A DNA stretch of 64,000 bases, from the NCBI GenBank assembly GCA_030749225.1, contig JASMKO010000057.1, forward strand, positions 4,724 to 68,723. The letters run 5' to 3'. The translations under genes and the position numbers were made by a program. The notes below the pieces were generated by a model. It was not told where the DNA came from and made no database searches. It saw only the letters and a list, made by a program, of their open reading frames with translations. Source of the stretch: Verrucomicrobiota bacterium (lineage in GTDB: Bacteria; Verrucomicrobiota; Verrucomicrobiia; Limisphaerales; UBA1096). This document shows positions 1 through 6,815 of this stretch, piece by piece. How positions within the stretch are numbered: the first letter of the stretch is position 1; each line of letters starts with the position of its first letter.

Positions 1-232
1 GGTTCTCGGCCTCCTTGTTGAGTTCAATCCACTCCTGCTGATCCTCCGGCACGTTGTCCTCGGCGAAGATGGCATCCACCGGACACTCCGGCACGCAGGC
101 ATCACAGTCGATGCAGGTGTCCGGATTGATCAGCAACCGATCCGGTGCCTCATGGAATGCCTCCACCGGGCAAACATCCACGCAACTGGTATAAACACAA
201 TCTACACACGCTCCTGTTACTACAAATGCCAT
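1..232 (-). CDS. fdxA: 7Fe-type ferredoxin (FdxA-like); 3' end runs off the window
   Basis: Not in the ORF track because there is no stop inside the window. The reverse complement from the ATG at 232-230 reads MAFVVTGACVDCVYTSCVDVCPVEAFHEAPDRLLINPDTCIDCDACVPECPVDAIFAEDNVPEDQQEWIELNKEAEN. It carries CxxCxxxxCxxxCP plus CxxCxxCxxxCP cluster motifs. Confidence 0.85.
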   Translation of the reverse strand, partial: MAFVVTGACVDCVYTSCVDVCPVEAFHEAPDRLLINPDTCIDCDACVPECPVDAIFAEDNVPEDQQEWIELNKEAEN

Positions 233-363
233 AATCTAATCGTTTTTCTTCTTTAATCTAATTAACGCCAAAGCAGGGAGTTTAGATTGCTTTGAAAACG
301 AGACAAGAAATCAGTTAAGAATGCAAACAGGTCTCATTATCACTTTACTGCTTGGTGCAACGG

Positions 364-384
364 TTAGTCGATGTAAACGAACTC
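364..384. repeat. Left copy of a 21-bp direct repeat (TTAGTCGATGTAACGAACTC-type; actual sequence ttagtcgatgtaaacgaactc). It is an orphan copy of the codons EFVYID+stop of a DUF1553 gene
   Basis: Matches 12882-12902 at 20 of 21 positions, with 19 contiguous, in the same orientation. It sits in AT-rich non-coding DNA with no ORF attached. Confidence 0.7.
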
Positions 385-738
385 AATATGTGTTATTTGA
401 TCAACATTTTCAGTGTTTTTTGAAAACACAAAACCTTAATCACACTTTTTAAGGCCATCAAAGTTGCCTGTTTGTCAGCAAATGAATTGCATCAATATTG
501 GTTCAAACGGACAGCTTTTCCATGATCTATGAAAACCAAATCCAGCTGACTTCACTGCGCAGTATTAGCAACAGCCCAAAGGCATTGCACTCTGAGCTAA
601 ATCTTGTAAACCACTTCGATTACCCCTCTAAGCGACTGGTGTTGTGAATTTTAGGAAGCCCTCATCCCTTCCCCACCTTCCCTTTTGCTGGCACACCTAT
701 GTTTCTGCTGCCATTATTTCTTTACCACGATTTCTGTA

Positions 739-789
739 ATGAAACACATACTAACAACAATCGCAGCCGTGGTTCTGGTGAGGTGTTGA
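739..789 (+). pseudogene. Head-only remnant of the ANK-lipoprotein signal peptide (MKHILTTIAAVVLVRC*)
   Basis: atgaaacacatactaacaacaatcgcagccgtggttctggtgaggtgttga is a close copy of the 'head' repeat at 2132 and 3342. The lipobox Gly is mutated to Arg and a stop follows immediately. The next 9 nt (786-794, TTGAAAGCT) match the 'tail' repeat. Confidence 0.5.
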
Positions 790-810
790 AAGCTTTAAGA
801 TAAGTCCAAA

Positions 811-1704
811 ATGAAAATAAATTGTTCAAACTGCAATCAACGCTTGGAAATACCTGAAGAACTTGCTGGGCAGACCATTGAGTGCCCTGCTTGTAATACC
901 AGCTTGGTTGTGGCATCCATCGAAGTACCTCCACCTGCAACACCTCAAATTAGGGTTACAGCACCGCAAGCAAGCGCACCACAAAAACCTCCGACAAAAA
1001 GAAAAATCGCAGCACCACCCATAGCTGCTTCCCCCAAGAAAACAAAATCACTGATTCCCAAGATAGCCATTGGTGCTATTGCAGGTGTTGCTGTCGTGGT
1101 TTTGATTATGATTTTTTCAGGTGCCTCGAAGGATGTTTCGGAATCTAACCCAACAACAGGCAGAATTGAATGGAAGCCGCAGGGATCGTCATCTCAACCA
1201 TTTGAATCAGTTGCGCAATTTGCCGAACAGAGAGCTACAGGAAAGAAGCTATCTAACGCGATAAGAAATAACGATATTGAAGAAGTAAAAACTTTATTGG
1301 CTGATGGCATAGACCTAAACCAATCCACCTACGGAGCCTTTGGGTCGCCATTGAGTCAGGCGATATCATCAGGCCAAAAAGAGATTGTTGAATTGCTTAT
1401 TACTAATGGCGCAGATGTAAATGCGAAGCGTTTTCAGAACATAACTTATTTACATGATGCTGCCTATGAACATAGAAAGGAAATCGTCGAACTTCTAATT
1501 GCCAATGGAGCGGATGTGAATGCTAAGGCCAGAGATGACATCAAAGGCACAACACCTCTGGATTCCGCCAATATGGGATTTGGATCAAAAAGAGGTAGAG
1601 TTAATTTACCTGCAAATCTCAAAAAAAATCGCACTGAAATTGCTGACATTATTCGCAAACACGGCGGCAAGACAGCTGAAGAATTAAAAGCTGAAGGGAA
1701 ATAA
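811..1704 (+). CDS. Zinc-ribbon / single-TM / ankyrin-repeat protein with the conserved ...RKHGGKTAEELKAEGK C-terminus
   Basis: The N-terminus MKINCSNCNQRLEIPEELAGQTIECPACNTSL is a CxxC...CxxC zinc ribbon. It is followed by a Pro-rich linker, a TM helix (IAIGAIAGVAVVVLIMIF) and ANK repeats (IVELLITNGADVNAK / IVELLIANGADVNAK). Confidence 0.85.
   Translation: MKINCSNCNQRLEIPEELAGQTIECPACNTSLVVASIEVPPPATPQIRVTAPQASAPQKPPTKRKIAAPPIAASPKKTKSLIPKIAIGAIAGVAVVVLIMIFSGASKDVSESNPTTGRIEWKPQGSSSQPFESVAQFAEQRATGKKLSNAIRNNDIEEVKTLLADGIDLNQSTYGAFGSPLSQAISSGQKEIVELLITNGADVNAKRFQNITYLHDAAYEHRKEIVELLIANGADVNAKARDDIKGTTPLDSANMGFGSKRGRVNLPANLKKNRTEIADIIRKHGGKTAEELKAEGK
1651..1704 (+). repeat. Junction repeat, tail-only copy (IRKHGGKTAEELKAEGK*)
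   Basis: attcgcaaacacggcggcaagacagctgaagaattaaaagctgaagggaaataa aligns with the tails at 3105-3160 and 11046-11101. Confidence 0.8.
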
Positions 1705-1712
1705 GAAAAACA

Positions 1713-2135
1713 ATGCTTATGCCTATAAAACCGAGAAACTTAATTGGGTTCTTCTTAGGCATACCGTTTATATGGATAGGATGTGACCATTTCATCAGAC
1801 CAGAAATATTTGATCTAATTGTTCCGAATTATTTGGGGTTCCCACGTTTCTGGACAATAGCTAGCGGAGTGTTTGAAATTCTTCTTGGGATAGGAATCAT
1901 GCTACCTCCTTGCCGTCGATCGACAGCTCGTTTTTTAACGTTTTTTTTGATGTGTGTTTATTTGGCTAATTTAAATATGTGGTTAAACGACATACCATTT
2001 AATGGTACAGTACTTAGTCAAAATGGTCACATTATCAGGCTCCTAGTTCAGTTAGCGCTAATTTGCATTGGTCTTTGGCTTGCTGAATTAATAGGAGGAA
2101 ATACCAGTAGAGAATTGAAAGCTGAAGGCAAATGA
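1713..2135 (+). CDS. DoxX-like small membrane protein that carries an ANK-type ...SRELKAEGK tail
   Basis: 140 aa with 4 predicted TM segments. The motif HFIRPEIFDLIVPNYLGFPRFWTIASGVFEILLGIGIMLPP resembles the DoxX-like family. The last 14 aa (IGGNTSRELKAEGK) parallel the ANK tail HGGKTGEELKAEGK. The stop overlaps the next ATG as ATGA. Confidence 0.6.
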   Translation: MLMPIKPRNLIGFFLGIPFIWIGCDHFIRPEIFDLIVPNYLGFPRFWTIASGVFEILLGIGIMLPPCRRSTARFLTFFLMCVYLANLNMWLNDIPFNGTVLSQNGHIIRLLVQLALICIGLWLAELIGGNTSRELKAEGK

Positions 2136-2215
2136 AAAACCTCCTACCCACAACAATCGCAGCCGTGGTGCTGGTGGGGTGTAGGGAGTCGCAGCAGTTG
2201 GCTCCTGCACCAGAA
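2112..2215 (+). repeat. Junction repeat, tail plus head copy
   Basis: gaattgaaagctgaaggcaaATGAaaaacctcctacccacaacaatcgcagccgtggtgctggtggggtgt...gtcgcagcagttggctcctgcaccagaa is about 90% identical by eye to 3342-3445. Confidence 0.85.
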
Positions 2216-3160
2216 GCAAAACCAGCTGAACCAGTTATCGAAGCCGCACAGTCAGCGGAGTTCTCCAAACCGTTGTCGGAAGCAAATAGTGCGCTAATGG
2301 ATGCGGCCAAGAGAGGAAACATTGAAGCAATCAAACAACACTTGACCGATGGTGCGGATGTGAACGTGAAGGGAATTGGGGGAATGGCGCCTTTGCATCG
2401 TGCGGCTCGTGAAGGACACAAGGAAGCCTCAGAACTTCTCATCACCAATGGCGCGGATGTAAACGCGAAGGATAAGAGGGGAAGGACTCCTTTGCATCGT
2501 ACGGCTCGTGAAGGACACAAGGAAGTCGCCGAACTGCTGATTGCCAAAGATGCAGATGTGAATGCGAAGAGTGAGTCCGGTTTATTTAAAGGCGAAACAC
2601 CGCTAGATGAAGCCATCAAGCGCAAACGGCCCGAAGTCGCCGACCTTCTTCGCAAACACGGAGGTAAATACAGTTCAATCGCCGTAGCTGCTAAAGCAGG
2701 AGATGTTGAAGCATTAAAGAAGTTTTTGGCTGATGGCGTGGATGCAAGTGCGATAGGCCTTTTGTCTGCGGCGGCTTCTGGGGGTCACAAGGAATTCGTA
2801 GAACTACTGATTGCCAATGGTGCGGATGTTGCTGCCAAGAATGAATATGGCAGTACTCCTTTGCATAGTGCGGCAACCAAGGAAATAGCCGAATTACTGA
2901 TCGCCAACGGTGCAGACATAAATGCGAAGATTAATGATGGATCGTCACCTTTGCTTGCCGCGGCTATAAAAGGTCACAAGGAAGTCGCTAGGCTATTGAT
3001 CGCTAATGGCGCGGATGTGAATGCAAGGAGTGAATCTGTTCTTGGAAAGGACAAGACAGCGTTAGATTGGGCCGTTGATCAAGGCTACACTGAAATCGCC
3101 GACCTCCTCCGCAAACACGGCGGCAAGACGGGTGAAGAATTGAAAGCTGAAGGGAAATGA
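2132..3160 (+). CDS. Ankyrin-repeat lipoprotein (two fused ANK modules)
   Basis: MKNLLPTTIAAVVLVGC has a lipobox (LVGC). There are multiple ANK repeats (TPLH..A...GH.E.AELLI.NGADVNAK). An internal cap LLRKHGGK lies mid-protein, and the C-terminus is LLRKHGGKTGEELKAEGK. Confidence 0.9.
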   Translation: MKNLLPTTIAAVVLVGCRESQQLAPAPEAKPAEPVIEAAQSAEFSKPLSEANSALMDAAKRGNIEAIKQHLTDGADVNVKGIGGMAPLHRAAREGHKEASELLITNGADVNAKDKRGRTPLHRTAREGHKEVAELLIAKDADVNAKSESGLFKGETPLDEAIKRKRPEVADLLRKHGGKYSSIAVAAKAGDVEALKKFLADGVDASAIGLLSAAASGGHKEFVELLIANGADVAAKNEYGSTPLHSAATKEIAELLIANGADINAKINDGSSPLLAAAIKGHKEVARLLIANGADVNARSESVLGKDKTALDWAVDQGYTEIADLLRKHGGKTGEELKAEGK

Positions 3161-3166
3161 AACACT
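3105..3166 (+). repeat. Junction repeat, tail plus the first 9 nt of the head
   Basis: ctcctccgcaaacacggcggcaagacgggtgaagaattgaaagctgaagggaaATGAaacac. Confidence 0.85.
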
Positions 3167-3333
3167 TAATACAGACACTGCTGAAATTTGGTAAACGTTC
3201 CTTCAAAGCAAATTATGGTGAAGCCGTTTCTGTGACACGCAAAATCTACAATTCTGTTGTTATGGTAACGGCAACCATACTTTTCGTCTTTATTATGTAT
3301 GGGTTGATGGACATGGTGTTTTTGTCCAAGTGA
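3157..3333 (+). CDS. Possible 58-aa single-TM protein that starts with the head ATG (below the ORF-track cutoff)
   Basis: The ATG at 3157 overlaps the upstream TGA as ATGA. Translation: MKHLIQTLLKFGKRSFKANYGEAVSVTRKIYNSVVMVTATILFVFIMYGLMDMVFLSK*. I recognise no homology. Confidence 0.3.
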   Translation: MKHLIQTLLKFGKRSFKANYGEAVSVTRKIYNSVVMVTATILFVFIMYGLMDMVFLSK

Positions 3334-3341
3334 ATTTAATA

Positions 3342-3935
3342 ATGAAACACCTCCTACTCACAACAATCGCAGCCGTGCTTCTGGTGGGGTGTGGTGAGTC
3401 GCAGCAATTGGCTCCTGCACCAGAATCAAAACCCACTGAACCAGTTCCAGAAGCTACACAACCAAACCAGTCGACAGACAAAACACCAGACATATCAATT
3501 CACGATGCTGCTTGGAACGGAAACATTGAGGCAGTTAAACAGCATATTGCTGCTGGTACGGATTTGAATGCTAAGGATGAACTTGTCGGAAGGACCCCAT
3601 TGCATTGGGCGGCAACTAATAATGTTCGTAGGGAAATCGTCGAACTGCTAATCGCCAATGGTGCCGATGTGAATGCGATGGACAGCATGGCCGGTATGAC
3701 GCCTTTACATCGTGCGACTTTGGATGGTTACAAGGAAATCGCGGAAGAGTTTATCGCCAACGGTGCGGATGTGAATGCGAAAGATAACAATAACGAAACA
3801 CCTCCTACTCACAACAATCGCAACCGTGGTGCTAGCGGGGAGGGCCAAGTATGTCGATTTACGCGAGGCAATGCCATCGCGCTCCATCTTCCCGTAGCGG
3901 TTTCAAAGTGTCGTCATCCGATACCTTCGGCTTGA
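3342..3935 (+). pseudogene. Truncated/chimeric ankyrin-repeat lipoprotein gene
   Basis: The start is intact (MKHLLLTTIAAVLLVGCGESQQLAPAPE) and about 3 ANK repeats follow. At 3792 the ANK frame runs into another head copy whose ATG is mutated to ACG (aacgaaacacctcctactcacaacaatcgcaaccgtggtgctagcgggg). From there the reading is out of frame (…DNNNETPPTHNNRNRGASGEG…) and no terminal cap is present. Confidence 0.65.
3792..3840 (+). repeat. Junction repeat, head-only copy (start codon ATG changed to ACG) embedded in the truncated ANK gene
   Basis: Aligns with 2131-2180, 3341-3390 and 11098-11148. Confidence 0.8.
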
Positions 3936-3967
3936 TCTTCTGCTGAACACCCACCAAACTTTCGGCT

Positions 3968-6523
3968 GTGATTTCAAACAATATATTCCGTCTTAGCTGC
4001 GCGCTTGTTGTCTTCAACTCCAATTGTTTGACCCAACTTTTCGGGCAAGGTTCCAAAGTGGATTATGAGCGTGCAATTGGATTAAGGGATAGGGTTCGAA
4101 ATAAAGTCTTCAAGAAGCATGTCAATCCCAAGTGGTCTCCCGATGGAGACCGTTTCTGGTATCGCAACGATTTGTCGACCGACCGACGTGAGTTTGTCTT
4201 GGTGGATACAAGCAAGGGCGAACGTCGATTGGCGTTCGACCATGTCAAGGTTGCCGCGACCTTGGCCAATGCTCTTGGTCAATCGGTAGATGCTGAGAAA
4301 CTTCCCATCGATAAGTTGGCTTTTACCGATAACCCGAATCGCTTACGCTTAATAGGAAAGGGTAATAGTTGGGAACTGGACCTTAAAACTAGCGAGTTAG
4401 GTGAATTCACTTCATCCGTTAAAGAGCTTATGTCGCTTGAGCCACCCGAAGCCATTCGCCCGTCCGGCAGTAACGGGCAAGAAACCTATGTCACATTCCG
4501 CAATGTAACGGATCAGATCATTCGCTTGGTTTGGGTGTCAGGCGATGGCGGACGGCATCTTTACGAGGTGATTGGCGATAAATCAGAATTCAAACAACAC
4601 ACTTATGCAAATCATGTGTGGCTCATTGAAACTGACGAAGGCAAACGGCTCGGCATCTATGAGGCGAAACCCGGAAACCCAACCGTGATTATCGATGGCC
4701 GTACGAAGGCCTTGAAAAAGAGTACAGTCAAGTCCGATGAAGACGACGAGCAACCTGAACACGAAAAATACAGTTCGCCCCGAGGCTTGCGTTCGCCTGA
4801 TGGCATATGGGAGGTGTCGATCAAAGAACATAACATTTGGATTCGGGGCAAGGACGGTCAGCATTTTCAACTCAGCAAAGATGGCACTGATGAGGATGGT
4901 TATCGCAGAGGTGATGTCCACTGGTCACCTGACTCGAAACGGTTGACAGCTTTGCGAACGCTCAAGGAAGAGGAGCATCTAGTTAATGTTGTTGAGTCGT
5001 CCCCAAAGGATCAATTGCAACCTAAGTTGCATTCGTTCCGATATCTTAAACCGGGCGATCGAGTGGCAAAACAACGGCCCAAGTTGTTTAATGTTGGGGA
5101 AAGACAAGAAATCCAGATTGAACAGGGTCTATTTGACAATCCGTGGCGTATCAATCGCATTCGCTGGGCCAAGAACTCACGGGAGTTTACCTTTGAGTAC
5201 AACGAGCGAGGACATCAGGTGCTTAGAATCATTTCCGTAAACTCGCGGAATGGAAAAACCAAGCCGGTCGTTGAAGAAACCAGCAACACGTTTGTCGATT
5301 ATTCCCAGAAACATTATGAATACTGGCTTGGCGATGGTGAAGAATTGATTTGGATGAGTGAACGTAACGGATGGAATCATCTCTACCTTTTCGACACGCG
5401 AGAAAAGAAACTGAAAAACGCCATCACACAAGGCGATTGGGTGGTAAGAAAGGTTGAGCATATCGACGAAGCCAGACGACAAATATGGTTTCAGGCAATG
5501 GGAATTTATCCGGAACAGGATCCCTATTACATACATCACTGCCGTGTTAATCTCGATGGCACCGGCTTGACTGTTTTAACCGAAGGAAATGGAACGCACG
5601 AATTACAGTGGTCTCCGAGTCGACGGTTCTTTGTCGATAAATGGTCACGAGTGGATCAACCACCTGTGCACGAGCTGCGTTCAGCTGATGGGGAATTCAT
5701 TTGCGAACTGGAACGAGCTGATTGTGTGCAACTATATAGAACCGGGTGGAAATTGCCCGAGCGTTTTGTAACCAAAGGCCGAGATGGGGAAACTGACATC
5801 TTTGGAGTAATATGGCGTCCGACTAATTTTGATCCGACGAAACGCTATCCGGTGATAGAAAACATCTATGCTGGGCCACATAGCTTCTATGTGCCAAAAG
5901 CATTCCGTGATTACTACGGTCAACAGCGAATGGCCGAGCTGGGATTCATTCTAGTCCAAATTGATGGGATGGGAACCAACTGGCGTTCGAAAAAGTTTCA
6001 CGATGTTTGCTGGCAAAACATTAAGGATGCCGGCTTTCCGGATCGAATATTATGGATTAGAGCTGCGGCCAAAGAATACCCGGAAATGGATTTGTCTATC
6101 GTCGGTATTTACGGTGGTTCAGCAGGAGGTCAAAACACAATGAGCGGTTTGCTGCATCATGGGGACTTTTATAAAGTCGGCGTTTCAGACTGCGGTTGTC
6201 ATGACAACCGTATGGATAAAATCTGGTGGAATGAAGCATGGATGGGTTGGCCAATCGGCCCGGAATACTCTGAAAACAGTAATGTCACTCATGCCCACAA
6301 ACTAAAGGGTAAGTTATTGTTGATTGTGGGTGAACTTGATCGGAATGTCGATCCTGCAAGCACTATACAAGTCGTTGATGCTTTGATAAAAGCGGACAAG
6401 GATTTTGACTTTCTTCTTATCCCAGGAACAGGTCACGGCGCAGCCGGAACTCCCTACGGTCGTCGCAGGCAAATGGATTATTTTGTAGAACACATCCTCA
6501 AAATGAAACCTAGATGGGAGTGA
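3968..6523 (+). CDS. S9-family serine peptidase (dipeptidyl-peptidase IV / prolyl oligopeptidase-like)
   Basis: 851 aa. The N-terminal region is beta-propeller-like. The C-terminal alpha/beta-hydrolase part carries the nucleophile motif IYGGSAGGQNT, then GELDRNVD and GTGHG, consistent with a Ser-Asp-His triad order. The N-terminus is hydrophobic and signal-like. The start (GTG at 3968) is uncertain. Confidence 0.88.
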   Translation: MISNNIFRLSCALVVFNSNCLTQLFGQGSKVDYERAIGLRDRVRNKVFKKHVNPKWSPDGDRFWYRNDLSTDRREFVLVDTSKGERRLAFDHVKVAATLANALGQSVDAEKLPIDKLAFTDNPNRLRLIGKGNSWELDLKTSELGEFTSSVKELMSLEPPEAIRPSGSNGQETYVTFRNVTDQIIRLVWVSGDGGRHLYEVIGDKSEFKQHTYANHVWLIETDEGKRLGIYEAKPGNPTVIIDGRTKALKKSTVKSDEDDEQPEHEKYSSPRGLRSPDGIWEVSIKEHNIWIRGKDGQHFQLSKDGTDEDGYRRGDVHWSPDSKRLTALRTLKEEEHLVNVVESSPKDQLQPKLHSFRYLKPGDRVAKQRPKLFNVGERQEIQIEQGLFDNPWRINRIRWAKNSREFTFEYNERGHQVLRIISVNSRNGKTKPVVEETSNTFVDYSQKHYEYWLGDGEELIWMSERNGWNHLYLFDTREKKLKNAITQGDWVVRKVEHIDEARRQIWFQAMGIYPEQDPYYIHHCRVNLDGTGLTVLTEGNGTHELQWSPSRRFFVDKWSRVDQPPVHELRSADGEFICELERADCVQLYRTGWKLPERFVTKGRDGETDIFGVIWRPTNFDPTKRYPVIENIYAGPHSFYVPKAFRDYYGQQRMAELGFILVQIDGMGTNWRSKKFHDVCWQNIKDAGFPDRILWIRAAAKEYPEMDLSIVGIYGGSAGGQNTMSGLLHHGDFYKVGVSDCGCHDNRMDKIWWNEAWMGWPIGPEYSENSNVTHAHKLKGKLLLIVGELDRNVDPASTIQVVDALIKADKDFDFLLIPGTGHGAAGTPYGRRRQMDYFVEHILKMKPRWE

Positions 6524-6560
6524 TATCTTCACTGGCCGCTCTAAACCACCCCGTGGCCAC

Positions 6561-6663
6561 CTACTTCCTCTGCGAACTCGGTGGCAAGTCCAATGGGGAA
6601 CTGGAAGCTGAGGGCAAATGAGACATCTTCCTACTCACAACAATCACCGCCGTGCTTCTGATG
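6561..6663 (+). repeat. Junction repeat, degenerate tail plus head copy downstream of the peptidase gene
   Basis: ctacttcctctgcgaactcggtggcaagtccaatggggaactggaagctgagggcaaATGAgacatcttcctactcacaacaatcaccgccgtgcttctgatgg. The tail reads ...LCELGGKSNGELEAEGK*. The head has a 1-nt insertion, so it is frameshifted. Confidence 0.75.
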
Positions 6664-6815
6664 GATCCAAATTGGCCGCCTATGGCATCAATTGCCCGCT
6701 GTCCCCAGGGTGCAGACCGCCGGTTTCAGAAAGGATTGGGTTTCGTTTTCGGTGATCCCGACGGCGGTATTCACAGCAAAAAATTGCGGGATCTCTCAAT
6801 GAGATGAATTGAAGC

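Noticed and set aside
321-452. 43-codon ORF (MQTGLIITLLLGATVSRCKRTQYVLFDQHF...) in the AT-rich spacer
   Set aside because: It is short, has no RBS-like tract or homology I can recognise, and overlaps the orphan 21-bp repeat. It most likely arose by chance in AT-rich DNA.
722-943. 73-aa minus-strand ORF overlapping the head remnant and the start of the zinc-ribbon ANK gene. Other 60-120-aa ORFs are nested in the low-GC genes (e.g. 1464-1670, 2035-2655, 4583-4921, 5177-5539, 9707-9970)
   Set aside because: All are antisense or out of frame relative to genes with strong domain evidence. The 2035-2655 ORF is simply the reverse reading of ANK repeats (Ala/Ser-rich).
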